Source: a virus (lineage: Duplodnaviria > Caudoviricetes). From it: a DNA stretch of 64,000 nucleotides. The notes beneath the pieces are model-generated. The model saw nothing but the letters and a program-made list of their open reading frames with translations, was not told the origin of the DNA and did not search any database. Shown piece by piece: positions 47,588 through 57,632 of this stretch; position 1 is the stretch's first letter, and each line of letters opens with the position of its first letter. Location: IMG/VR virus record IMGVR_UViG_3300022719_000071, positions 1 through 64,000 of that record. The stretch is one strand, 5' to 3'. Both the position numbers and the translations under genes were made by a program.

Positions 47588-47815
47588 TCAGGCGGTGATC
47601 TGGTCATTCGGGAAGAGCACTTTGTAGTAGCGTCGCTTCGGCTCCTTGTTGCCCTCGATCTCGTTGCCCTCGTCGTCGTAGCGGACCAGTTTGCCGTCGT
47701 TCGTGTAGTCCAGAAAGTCCTTGCAGGCGAGCGGCTCGTAACGGCACTGCATGAAGTTCTCGCACGTGTCGCACGGCGACTCCTCCTCCAGAATTGCGTA
47801 AGCGTCCTTGTACAT
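47588..47815 (-). CDS. Small Cys-rich (Zn-binding) hypothetical protein
   Basis: PCDTCENFMQC...C; start trimmed to MYKDAY after GAGGAG. Confidence 0.55.
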   Translation of the reverse strand: MYKDAYAILEEESPCDTCENFMQCRYEPLACKDFLDYTNDGKLVRYDDEGNEIEGNKEPKRRYYKVLFPNDQITA

Positions 47816-47897
47816 CTCTATCTCCTCATGGTTGTTGGGTCGATGGATGTATCCTACACTATTCTTCAGGAAATGTCTGTGAACTGTGTCACAAATG

Positions 47898-47923
47898 AAA
47901 AAGGCTCCCGGAGGAGCCTTTTT
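47898..47923. terminator. Bidirectional intrinsic terminator
   Basis: AAAAAGGCTCC-CGGA-GGAGCCTTTTT. Confidence 0.85.
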
Positions 47924-47926
47924 ATT

Positions 47927-48015
47927 TGGTGGGTGTTCAAGGAATCGAACCTCCCGTCTACCACCCCACGGTTTTTTGACGCTGGTTTTACAGACCAGAG
48001 TGGGGAAAAACACCC
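47927..48015 (-). tRNA. Non-canonical tRNA-like RNA, Tyr(GTA) loop, rearranged cloverleaf
   Basis: GGGTGTT/AACACCC-ACCA, hairpin CTGGT-CTGTAAA-ACCAG enclosed by CCCCAC/GTGGGG, T loop GTTCGATTCC. Confidence 0.8.
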
Positions 48016-48138
48016 ATGTGTTTTGTATATTTATCACTCCTTGAATTGGAAGTCAATAGATTTAGTCCATATTCTGCCGAATATCTTTGCGAGGATAGAG
48101 TCAGTTATCGTTCGGCTCCAGAAGGATGGTCTTGTCGC

Positions 48139-48414
48139 TCATCGCCGGAACCTCCCGTTACGAGTGCGCTGGGTAATGGCTTCACCCACGGTGCGTGGAG
48201 GGCCATCCAGGAACACATCGATGCCCTGCTGGGTGATGCGAAGGCGCTCTGCCTCTTGGTCGCTACCGATGACACCAGCCTCCTTCAAAATGTCTACGAG
48301 ACCCTGATAGCTGATGGTCGTGACAATACCGGACTGCCCCTTCTTGGACAGTCTGGGCTCGAACCAGCCATTCTTGGCACCGGGCTCGATGTAAAGCTCT
48401 TTGGACTTGTTCAT
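48139..48414 (-). CDS. Hypothetical protein
   Basis: Under the duplicated promoter cassette. Confidence 0.55.
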   Translation of the reverse strand: MNKSKELYIEPGAKNGWFEPRLSKKGQSGIVTTISYQGLVDILKEAGVIGSDQEAERLRITQQGIDVFLDGPPRTVGEAITQRTRNGRFRR

Positions 48415-48481
48415 TTCATCTTCCTCTTGCTTTCTCTAACTCAACGGTACACATTATACAGCGTAAAAGCAAATGTCAAGC
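48414..48481 (-). promoter_or_regulatory. Duplicated promoter/RBS cassette (second copy 48869-48937)
   Basis: 47 identical bp, then near-identical TTGACA-15/16-TATAAT. Confidence 0.85.
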
Positions 48482-48874
48482 AATTTCTACTAGGGAACCG
48501 TCCACGACCTCGAAGGTCTTGCCGTGCGTCCTGAGAACCTTCACGTTCTCGCAGGGGATGGAGCGGTAGGCACCGGTCTCGGCGGTCATCTCGGTACGGT
48601 CATCGACCTTGATGCCTTCCTTGAACACGAACACCGTGACGATGTTCTTGTCGCCATCATCGAACTTCTTGCCGACGCCTGTAACGTACTTCTTGACGCC
48701 CGTGCGACACGTAGGATAGACCCGGTACTCACCCTCGGTCGGCTGGACCTCGCCTCGGGCAAGGGCACGCTTGCCAAGGGGCTTCGGACGCTTGGTGAAC
48801 TCGACACTGAAGAAGGTACCGTCACCAATCAGATCAAGGACATCGTTGCGAGTAAGGGTATTACTCATTTTCAT
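48476..48874 (-). CDS. Small beta-barrel phage protein
   Basis: FFSVEFTKR...YRSIPCENV pattern. Confidence 0.55.
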   Translation of the reverse strand: MKMSNTLTRNDVLDLIGDGTFFSVEFTKRPKPLGKRALARGEVQPTEGEYRVYPTCRTGVKKYVTGVGKKFDDGDKNIVTVFVFKEGIKVDDRTEMTAETGAYRSIPCENVKVLRTHGKTFEVVDGSLVEIA

Positions 48875-49160
48875 CTTCCTCTTGCTTTCTCTAACTCAAC
48901 GGTACACATTATACAACGTAAAAAGCAAATGTCAAGCGATTCCTACTAGGAATCCTTGTTGTTTAATGAGGAATCATCATGGCAAAGATTGTGGAAGAAA
49001 GAGTGACGGTGAAGTTTAGTCGTCTGGTGAGAAATAATGAGGATGTAGAAGGAACTTTGAGTGCTGAACATCTTCAGCTAATAGACGCTACTCTACAGGA
49101 AGTTTTGGATCTTCCGGCAGGCGTCGTGGTGGAAGTAGAAGCTGACGAATAAATACTTGT

Positions 49161-49511
49161 ATGAGCAAGAAAGTCATCTACGAAACCAGCTATCCCGAGA
49201 AGCGCAAGCTGAAAGAGCAAGGCGAGACGTTTGATACGGCTACGCACGATCAAATGATGAAGTTGGTAAATGGAGATATCGATTTCAACAATCGCATGAT
49301 GCAAGTTCTAAGTCAAATTCTTCCTGTAGATCGTCGTGCTCAGATGATTGGTGTGCTTCGTCAACGTAATCAGCAGTTAACACAGATGGGTCGTCAACAG
49401 CAACAACGTGCTCAGAAAGTAAACGCAGAGCAGCAACGTGCTGCTGATGCATACGCCGACACCGATGCTGCTTCATCTGAAACTAGATCAACACTATCAA
49501 CAAGGGCATAA
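49161..49511 (+). CDS. Gln-rich hypothetical protein
   Basis: 116-aa ORF. Confidence 0.55.
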   Translation: MSKKVIYETSYPEKRKLKEQGETFDTATHDQMMKLVNGDIDFNNRMMQVLSQILPVDRRAQMIGVLRQRNQQLTQMGRQQQQRAQKVNAEQQRAADAYADTDAASSETRSTLSTRA

Positions 49512-49682
49512 CCATTCTCATCTTCGAAGAAACCAGGGAAGACTTACGGTAAAGATGGCAGACAACATGCGACTGGGAGCACCGGATGGAATGCTCAGGA
49601 GATACGAGAAGTCTATTGCTATTCTGAAACAGGCTCTTGAATTTAGAAGTTAATGATGCTACTGTGATAAATACTAAACCAT

Positions 49683-49768
49683 GCGGATGTGGTGAAATGG
49701 TAGACACGCTAGCTTGAGGGGCTAGTGGGGGAAACCCCGTGAAGGTTCGAGTCCTTTCATCCGCACCA
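49683..49768 (+). tRNA. tRNA-Leu(GAG)
   Basis: CTAGC-TTGAGGG-GCTAG, long variable arm, ends ACCA. Confidence 0.95.
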
Positions 49769-49890
49769 ATCGATTGCTACGTCCATAGGAGAGATCCGAT
49801 GGGTAGCGTAGCTTTAGCTGATAGATGGTATGGATACCTGAAAAGGTCCGAGGTTGTAGAGGACGATTGTGTAGGACAATCTAATTGAAT

Positions 49891-49975
49891 GCCCTTGTGG
49901 TGGAATTGGCAGACACAGCGGTCTCAAAAGCCGCCGCCGAAAGGCATGGGGGTTCGACTCCCTCCAGGGGCACCA
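49891..49975 (+). tRNA. tRNA-Leu(CAA)
   Basis: GCGGT-CTCAAAA-GCCGC, long variable arm, ends ACCA. Confidence 0.95.
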
Positions 49976-50477
49976 AAACGAGCAGCGGTCTAAACGTCAA
50001 CGTGACCAGTATGAGTCTGTCGTCCTATCCGTAGAGATTTGACAGACAAGCAACAGTATTAAATTAGCGGGCGTGACAATCTGGAGAGACAGATCCTCAT
50101 GAGCACCAAATATTCAAACGATACTTTAATAGACACCGTTGATCACATTCGTGAACTCAACGGACAAAAACCTGTAACTTTTCGTGGTATTCGAAAGAAA
50201 ACCGTGTTGGCCTTCCGTACCCAAGACAAAACCGAAGTTTTCTACAGCGCTGGAGAACTCATAAACTTCTTGGATAACGTCAAAGAAATAGATCCTGAGT
50301 TGTACGAGCGCCTAACAAATCCGTCGTGATCTACCCCGCCCTTAAAAGGCGGAGCTTCCTAATTCAACGAGGATGCCTCCGAAATCATTAGATTTCTTTG
50401 GTCTTATGTCCTCTCCAAAGGCGTTATTTCCTGCCGATCCGGCAGTACCAAACTTTAAAATGTTTATGGAGAAAATT

Positions 50478-50879
50478 TCAATCCTTATTATGGTAAGGGT
50501 CCAGTAGCTTCTCGTTGATACAACCACGGCTCAGCGGGCCACGGTCTTTATCTGATTCGACTTCGATGTAGTTATCCTGGCGACTGATTACCAAAACCAC
50601 TTCTCCTTTGTGCCACTGAGAGTGCGCCTTATTCTTCTGACAAGTTCCTCTCTTGAATGGCCACACCAAAGTGTTGTTGGCATTGACCACCATCCATTCT
50701 AGTTGTGGTTCTACCGGTACAACCTCAGCTACAGGCTCTTCTTTCGGAAAAAGCGGTCCAATAGTTAGACCGCCACCGTAAGCGATCTTCCAGAACAAAG
50801 AGACTATACCAATAAAGAAAAGCACCACCAAGAGTTTCGGTAGTGCTCTCCTTACATCTCTTGCGAACCTCGGTGTCAT
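50478..50879 (-). CDS. Membrane-anchored protein with possible SH3-like domain
   Basis: N-terminal TM; GEVVLVISRQDNYIEV. Confidence 0.5.
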   Translation of the reverse strand: MTPRFARDVRRALPKLLVVLFFIGIVSLFWKIAYGGGLTIGPLFPKEEPVAEVVPVEPQLEWMVVNANNTLVWPFKRGTCQKNKAHSQWHKGEVVLVISRQDNYIEVESDKDRGPLSRGCINEKLLDPYHNKD

Positions 50880-50900
50880 AGGTTTTAACCTTCAATCACT

Positions 50901-51545
50901 TTAACCCTGTTCTAGTTCAGAACTCCAGTAAAGATAATCTTCCCAGGAATCATGCAGGTATTGCGGTGGGTACTTGCGTCCCTTGTTTTGAAGCTCATGG
51001 TACGATGGTTCGTATGGTTTACGAATCAGATGGTATCCATGTCGCTTTGCAAACTCCGCAGCCGACATATGGTCCTTTAGCTCGTTGATATCACGTCGAG
51101 CCGCAACGATGTTGTTCCAGGTTGACTGTCCACCCTTGGCACGGGGTACCACGTGATCGAACGTCAGGTCGCTCGGACGGCAACGCTCGCCAGTATATTG
51201 GCACGTAAAGTCGTCACGAAGGAAGATGTTGAACTTCGTGTACGGAACTCTAGTCGGCGGCGGAACGTAGTCCAAGTGAGCTACGACGGACGGCAGCCGA
51301 AACTTATTATGGGCACCACGGACGTAGACATCATCGTACTCCTCCACGACCTTGATGCGAGGAGTACCAGTGTTCATGCCCTTGACGAGCAAAAACATTA
51401 CCTGCTGCCAGTTCCAAGTGGACAGCGGATAATAAGACATCGGACGGAAGTCAGCGTTCAAACGGAGCACACGGAACCTGTCCAAATGCGATCCGGTCTC
51501 CTTGCTTCCCAATCCGTTTACATATTGAAGCTCTGCATTATCCAT
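50901..51545 (-). CDS. HNH endonuclease (McrA-like, host type)
   Basis: VLRLNADFRP, NIFLRDDFTCQYTG, LTFDHVVPRAKGG..W.NIV.A..N..K. Confidence 0.9.
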   Translation of the reverse strand: MDNAELQYVNGLGSKETGSHLDRFRVLRLNADFRPMSYYPLSTWNWQQVMFLLVKGMNTGTPRIKVVEEYDDVYVRGAHNKFRLPSVVAHLDYVPPPTRVPYTKFNIFLRDDFTCQYTGERCRPSDLTFDHVVPRAKGGQSTWNNIVAARRDINELKDHMSAAEFAKRHGYHLIRKPYEPSYHELQNKGRKYPPQYLHDSWEDYLYWSSELEQG

Positions 51546-51768
51546 TGGTTATACCCTCGGCTTTCTTTATTGTAACCCCGTGCCGACGATATGTCAACGG
51601 ATTCTACCTGAGTGTCGGCTGATCTTCCCTCTCTAGTCTATCAATTTCTTCAAGAATGTCTTTCTTCCTTATCCATCATAAACCATCCTAGCAATAGAGA
51701 AAGAAAATCAAATGAGGGTAAACCATTTCTAAGTTCCAATCTGGCAGCATACTTGTTTATATCGATAT

Positions 51769-52368
51769 TTAGAGAGGGGGTAGCTCGATATCCAGATTAT
51801 CACACATCATTCGAATGGCCAAATGGGCCTGTTGTCTTGCGTCATCAAGCGCTACGTGTGTGTGAGGCAACTTCGAGGCAAACCAACGCTTGGGCATGTT
51901 CCGCTTGGTGGAATGGCGTAGGGGGCGTTTGAGCGCTGCTGAGGCGTATGTTTTCACTCCAAACTGCCCCGAGTGTCCGAAGGGATCTTCACCCAGGAAG
52001 TTCAGAAAATACCAATGACACCAGAAGTAATCGATTGCTCCAGGATACTCCAGAAAAACTCCCGCTCGTGGCTTGGCATACTGGTTATAGAAATTCCTGA
52101 ATTGCTGCATTGCAACTTTTGGGGACTGCTGATCGACCAGTGTGGATGCCAAAGCTTCCGGATGCTTATCCCAGAACTCCCGCTTGACTACGGGGTCCAT
52201 GGTAGCTCCAGAAAGTGGTTTGATATTTACGCTGAACTCACCGATGATGCCATCAGACAACGTGAACGCTACAGAGCCAATTGACAACATGGAATGGTTC
52301 GGTGGAAATGGTCCATCGAATTCTCCATCCACGGAGAAAAAGACTTCACTTAATAATCGGTCATTCAT
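51769..52368 (-). CDS. 3'-5' exonuclease (DEDDh)
   Basis: SVDGEFDGP, SMLSIG, HVALDDA. Confidence 0.85.
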   Translation of the reverse strand: MNDRLLSEVFFSVDGEFDGPFPPNHSMLSIGSVAFTLSDGIIGEFSVNIKPLSGATMDPVVKREFWDKHPEALASTLVDQQSPKVAMQQFRNFYNQYAKPRAGVFLEYPGAIDYFWCHWYFLNFLGEDPFGHSGQFGVKTYASAALKRPLRHSTKRNMPKRWFASKLPHTHVALDDARQQAHLAIRMMCDNLDIELPPL

Positions 52369-52531
52369 TTCTTCATACTACGCTCATTTCTGGAACCTTT
52401 CGTGTAATGATCTCCTTGCTACATGATTACAGTATGGTTTCCGAAGGTTGCTTCGCACATCAAGAACTTCCTTTCTTGTTCTTACGACCGGTATAGGGCT
52501 TTACCGAGTGCCGCCCGGAAAGCCTCGTCCT

Positions 52532-53239
52532 TCAGTCATTGTACTGCGGAATCTTCCCGTAGAGACTCTTCAGCTTATTTTCAAGCGTATTGATAGGAAT
52601 GCCTCGCTCACGACTGGGATTGAATATACCCATCACATTGCCTGTAATGTCATTAACAACCGGAAGAAGTTGTCCCTTTGGCTTGTCAACGATCACCTTT
52701 CCATTTGCAACCATGTACTCTACGGCGGGTACACCATGGTCCTCGCATTGCTCAGCATCCAAAAGCTGGCAACGAAGCTTGAGGGTAGGGAATACTGATG
52801 CAATTTTAGCCCACTCATTCGCCACGGTATCGGCCTCTGGCCACTTGCCGATATTGTACGTGTTGCAAAAGATGTTTCCGCTCCAATCGCACCAACCATG
52901 CGGGCCACCGATGTAGGAAGATCCGATGCGGCTATTCTTTAGATAGTCCAATCCGAGTATACCTAGCTTTTTACGAATAGCATCGACCTTGTCGTAATGA
53001 GCCATGAAATCATCACGCTTGGCACCACGGAAACGTGAAGGCATACCAAACAGAGACATGATTTGGTTGGCGTAGTCGGTGTCATTTAGAACGTACTCGT
53101 AATCAGGAAGATTTGAGTCTGTGCGAATCAAGATCTCCGAAGCCAAATCCTCGCTGACTTTTTCTCCAGCAACAATCAACGCTGGCCATTTTGGTAGACC
53201 AACATTCAGCGCATCGTTTTTCACTTGGATCTTTTTCAT
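52532..53239 (-). CDS. Hypothetical protein
   Basis: 235-aa ORF. Confidence 0.6.
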   Translation of the reverse strand: MKKIQVKNDALNVGLPKWPALIVAGEKVSEDLASEILIRTDSNLPDYEYVLNDTDYANQIMSLFGMPSRFRGAKRDDFMAHYDKVDAIRKKLGILGLDYLKNSRIGSSYIGGPHGWCDWSGNIFCNTYNIGKWPEADTVANEWAKIASVFPTLKLRCQLLDAEQCEDHGVPAVEYMVANGKVIVDKPKGQLLPVVNDITGNVMGIFNPSRERGIPINTLENKLKSLYGKIPQYND

Positions 53240-53580
53240 GATTGAAATGTACTACTCGACAGGAGTGAAGTCAACCCCCCGAAGTAATCGTAGACCTCCT
53301 TTTCCCCCGTGGCAACACCGTGCTCATCATTGACTGGCTTCCCATGTGCTAGATTCTACATCAGAAGTGTTGACAGTTCTTCTGAAGCACAAAAATCCCA
53401 AACCTCTCACATCCTTTCAACGTGGTTTAATAGAGTTTACGTAATGAAATAGTATTAGTCAAGGATTTTGGGTTCCAGTGCTTATGTATGAAGCTAACGA
53501 CTAAATAAAAGGGCAAGTATTGTGGCTTCAAATAGATCCTACAGAGCCATAAAAATAAAAAATAACCGAGGAAAATTACA

Positions 53581-56500
53581 ATGCGTATAGGTTTGATTGA
53601 CGCCCGAGGACAAGCGATATTTGATGATGCACTGAATACGGCTGCTACACCATCAATTTCGTTTAACGGTGATACGGATACTGGTTTGTATCGTAGCGCT
53701 GCTGATACCATCGGAATCTCTACTGGTGGTACAGAGCGAGTCTCTATTAGCACGACTGCTGTAACTTCCACCCTCCCAATAGTACATCCGACGGGTACTG
53801 CTGTTGCTCCATCGGTCACTTTCACGGGTGACCTTGATAGTGGTGTATATTCTGGTGGCGCAGATCAAATCTGTGTTTCTGCTGGCGGTGCTGAAGTAAT
53901 TTGCTTTGACACTACTGGAATCACGGCTGCTTCCGGAGTAGACATTACTCTGTCTGGTGGTGGTGAACTTCTGGGTCTTCCAGCAATTCCATCTGGCGCA
54001 ACGGCTGCTGCTTCGAAGTCCTACGTTGACAGTCTGGCTGCTGGTCTTGATCCGAAGGAATCGGTTCGTGTAGCTACCACTGCTGCTCTACCTGCTAATA
54101 CGCAGAACGGTTCTGGCGTTGGCGCTACGCTGACAATGGACGCTGTTGGTGTTGTCACCATTGACGGTGAGGATATCACAGCCGCAAACGGTTTTGCTGT
54201 TGGAGATCGTATCCTTGTCAAGAACGAGGCTGATGCGACTCACAATGGTATCTATACTGTTTCAGTTCTATCTGATGGTACTACTGCACTTGAGCTTACT
54301 CGTGCTGCTGACCAGGACGGTTCTCCATCCAACGAGGTATCCGGTGGTAACTTCACGTTCGTTGAAGAAGGTACTACCAACGCTGATAGCGGATGGGTGG
54401 TCATTGGAGATGGTCAACTAACGGTTGAGACCGATAACATCAATTGGGTTCAGTTCTCTGGTGCTGGTTCCTTTACTGCTGGTGCTGGTCTTGCACAGTC
54501 TGGTTCCACAATCTTCCTCGATACCGGTGACCTAACAGATACTGCTATTACCACAACTGACGAAATTACGTTCCATGATGTATCGGTTGTCGATAGTGGT
54601 GTTGACAATGGTTCCCGTAAGCGTTTGGTCTCCGACTTCCTGAGTGACCTGGATATCGTTAACTCTCTTGGTGGTAACGGTATTGCGGTTCAGACTGCTG
54701 CTGGAACTTACGCCAATCGTTCCATTGCCGTTTCTGGTCCTGGTAACGAAGATGGTCTGACTGTCACCAATGGTGACGGTGTTGCTGGTAACCCAACAAT
54801 TGGTTTGGATATTGTTGGAAACGCATTGGCTGGTGAAGATGTTGCTACGGGTGACCTCTTCCTGTTGTACAACGTTTCGGCTACAGCTAACCAAACCTTC
54901 ACTCTGGCCGAAGTTGCTGCTGGTGTTTCTACCGAACTGTCAATTGACAATACATTGTTGGTTGATGCTGATGGTGACACGAGGGTTGAGGTCGAAGAAA
55001 ATGCTGATGAAGACATCATCCGCTTCGACGTTGGTGACACAGGCGGAGTGGCTCGTCAGGACATCGTAACGATTTCCAACACTGCCATTCAGATTGGTCA
55101 CACTACTGCGCTAGGCACTCCGTTAGCCGGGCACTCTACTACTGTCCAAGGTGGTGTTGGTGGTTTACTTGGTGGTGATGGTGGTGCTGTTACTGTTAGT
55201 GGTGGTAATTCTGTCGCTGCAAGCGGTGGTGATGTTTCTGTTATTGGTGGTGATGGTAATACTAGTAGTGGTTCAGTAACGATCTCTACTGGTAGCAATA
55301 CTGCTACTAGCGGTACCGCTGGAACAATCACTATCAGTACCCCAAGCAATGGTCTTGCTGGCGTTGATACCGGTGCGATCAGTATTTCTACTGGTAATAA
55401 GACGGCTGAGGGTAATGCTGGTTCTATTAACATTACTACTGGTGATGGTAATGGTACTGGTGTTGGTGGTGCTATCAACCTGACTGCTGGTGCTGGTGGT
55501 GGTAACGATGGTGGTGCTGTTGGTGGTGATGTTGTAATCACTGCTGGAGCTGGCAACAATGCTGACGCTGGTGATCTTGTCCTGGCTGGTGGTTTTTCTT
55601 CCAGCACCGGTGCTGGTGGTAATGTAGACATCTCTGGTGGTAATTCCTCTGGAGTAGGTGGCTCCATTAATCTTACTGCTGGTTCTTCAGGTGCGGCTGA
55701 CGGTGGTGACATTAACCTGACTCCTGGTAATGCTAGTAGTAATAAAGGTTCCGTAAACCTTCTTCCTATCGGAACGGATTCTGGTGATACTACTGAACTC
55801 CGATTCTTCGAACTAGTAGCCAGCGGAAACAACTATGTTGGTTTCAAGGCTCCTGATGCAATCACTTCGAACGTAATCTGGACGCTTCCTAATTCCGATT
55901 CTACCGGAACTCAGGCTCTTGTCTCCAACGGTGCTGGAGTTCTCTCCTGGTCTAGCCTAGACTCTGCTGTGCTGCTATCGGATGCTGATAGTGACACTCA
56001 GATTCAGGTCGAAGAAAATGCTGATGAAGACATCATCCGCTTCGACGTTGGTGATTCTCCTGCCGGATACGGTGCTGTAGCAGACATCATGACTCTAGCC
56101 TCTTCTGGCTGGACGGCTTCGATGGGTACTGCCGATACGGCTGCTACTGCTGGTGCTCCAATCAGCTTCACTGCTGGAACTGGTAACACAACTGGTGCTG
56201 GTGGTGCTATCAACCTGACTGCTGGTGTTGGTGGTACTGATGGTGATGGTGGTGCAGTTGTAATCACTGCTGGTGATGCTGGTGGTGGTGACGAAAGTGG
56301 TGGCGATATCGAGCTTCGTCCTGGTGCTGGTGACGGTACTGGTGAAAACGGTGTTGTCCGAATCATTGGACCAACTACTGGTTCTTCTGGTGCCATTCGT
56401 CTTGAGGATAATACTGGTGGTGAATTCGTCGGACTACAGGCTCCTGCTACAATCACCACAAGCTTTACTCTGACGCTACCTGCCGATGACGGTGATGCTG

Positions 56501-57135
56501 GTCAATTCCTGCGGACTGATGGTTCTGGTGTACTAACGTGGGAGACTGCTAGTAGCCTAGCGTTCACCACTATCACTCCAGACAGTGGTGGTGACATTGT
56601 TGCCGACACCAATTCTGATACTCTAACCCTCGTTGGTGGAACGGGTATCGACACTGTTGGTACCCCGGGTAGTGATACTATCACCTTCAACGTTAACATC
56701 AACAGTCTAACCGCTCTTGGTGTTGCTCCAGCAACTGGTGATGAAATTGCAATCGCTGACGTTGACGACTCTAACAACGTTAAGAAGGTTACAGTTGCTC
56801 AGCTTGCTAGCGCAATTCAAGGTGCCACAACTCTTGGTGACCTCAACGATGTTGACACGACGGCTGAGGCTGCTGGATTTGCTCTGGTATTCGATGCAAC
56901 CGCATCGACGTGGGAAGCCAAGAAGATCTTCCATACGGAAGCCTTCACTTCTTCCACACAGTGGGTTGTTACACACAACCTGAATCAGCAGTATCCGGTT
57001 ATCACGGTTTACGATGACAACGATGAAGTTGTTATCCCGGCCACAATTATTGCCAACAGCGCAACTCAGGTAACCATCAACTTCGCAGTAGCAACTGCTG
57101 GTCAAGTTTCCATCATGGGTGTGAACCAAGATTAA
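53581..57135 (+). CDS. Large Gly/Thr-rich tail fibre/virion protein
   Basis: FNGDTDTGLYR, DAASKSYVD-like AAASKSYVD, KESVRVATTA, GDRILVKN, GG(x)n solenoid repeats, C-terminal WVVTHNLNQQYP. Confidence 0.8.
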   Translation: MRIGLIDARGQAIFDDALNTAATPSISFNGDTDTGLYRSAADTIGISTGGTERVSISTTAVTSTLPIVHPTGTAVAPSVTFTGDLDSGVYSGGADQICVSAGGAEVICFDTTGITAASGVDITLSGGGELLGLPAIPSGATAAASKSYVDSLAAGLDPKESVRVATTAALPANTQNGSGVGATLTMDAVGVVTIDGEDITAANGFAVGDRILVKNEADATHNGIYTVSVLSDGTTALELTRAADQDGSPSNEVSGGNFTFVEEGTTNADSGWVVIGDGQLTVETDNINWVQFSGAGSFTAGAGLAQSGSTIFLDTGDLTDTAITTTDEITFHDVSVVDSGVDNGSRKRLVSDFLSDLDIVNSLGGNGIAVQTAAGTYANRSIAVSGPGNEDGLTVTNGDGVAGNPTIGLDIVGNALAGEDVATGDLFLLYNVSATANQTFTLAEVAAGVSTELSIDNTLLVDADGDTRVEVEENADEDIIRFDVGDTGGVARQDIVTISNTAIQIGHTTALGTPLAGHSTTVQGGVGGLLGGDGGAVTVSGGNSVAASGGDVSVIGGDGNTSSGSVTISTGSNTATSGTAGTITISTPSNGLAGVDTGAISISTGNKTAEGNAGSINITTGDGNGTGVGGAINLTAGAGGGNDGGAVGGDVVITAGAGNNADAGDLVLAGGFSSSTGAGGNVDISGGNSSGVGGSINLTAGSSGAADGGDINLTPGNASSNKGSVNLLPIGTDSGDTTELRFFELVASGNNYVGFKAPDAITSNVIWTLPNSDSTGTQALVSNGAGVLSWSSLDSAVLLSDADSDTQIQVEENADEDIIRFDVGDSPAGYGAVADIMTLASSGWTASMGTADTAATAGAPISFTAGTGNTTGAGGAINLTAGVGGTDGDGGAVVITAGDAGGGDESGGDIELRPGAGDGTGENGVVRIIGPTTGSSGAIRLEDNTGGEFVGLQAPATITTSFTLTLPADDGDAGQFLRTDGSGVLTWETASSLAFTTITPDSGGDIVADTNSDTLTLVGGTGIDTVGTPGSDTITFNVNINSLTALGVAPATGDEIAIADVDDSNNVKKVTVAQLASAIQGATTLGDLNDVDTTAEAAGFALVFDATASTWEAKKIFHTEAFTSSTQWVVTHNLNQQYPVITVYDDNDEVVIPATIIANSATQVTINFAVATAGQVSIMGVNQD
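54989..55037 (+). repeat. 49-bp exact internal duplication (second copy 56006-56054)
   Basis: AGGTCGAAGAAAATGCTGATGAAGACATCATCCGCTTCGACGTTGGTGA encoding VEENADEDIIRFDVG. Confidence 0.9.
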
Positions 57136-57157
57136 GCTTGACGCTTAATCCAAACAG

Positions 57158-57185
57158 AAAAAGGGGGCCATTTGGCCCCCTTTTT
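57158..57185. terminator. Bidirectional intrinsic terminator
   Basis: AAAAAGGGGGCC-ATTT-GGCCCCCTTTTT between convergent genes. Confidence 0.9.
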
Positions 57186-57632
57186 CATTTCAGTCCGGTG
57201 ATGGTTCGTTCCTTTCTTCGCAAGGCGTCGATCATTCTGTCCACCGCAGCGGACCTTTTGATGATCTGACTCCATTGTGTGAGAGGAACCGTATCCAGGG
57301 CACTCTTGGCGTTGAATCGCTTCTTGGTGACTCGGTTCACCCCAGCGGCGTTGATAAGGATGTATTCACTGTTGCTCATTTACTTTCCTCCGAATGCTGC
57401 GAACGTGACGTTGCCACGATTGATGTGACCGGTGTACTCGGAAGCCGACTCGTCCAGGTAACCCTGGAGCTTACGGCATTGTGCCTCGATGGTGGTATGC
57501 CCTTGACCAGCGGTCAGAAGCTCGACGTTGTAGACGAGATCCCGAAGAACCTGGGCGGGAACGGTTACTGTGTCATAGCGCATGAGTGATTTCCTTGATT
57601 GATGAAGTATCTTACACGAATTTCGTGAAGAA

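Noticed and set aside
47588-48037. 149-aa version of this ORF
   Set aside because: The 5' part overlaps a tRNA-like gene and a terminator; the real start is probably MYKDAY at 47815.
49818-49843. Hammerhead-like CTGATAGA...GAAA between the Leu tRNAs
   Set aside because: Core deviates and stems I and III cannot be formed convincingly.
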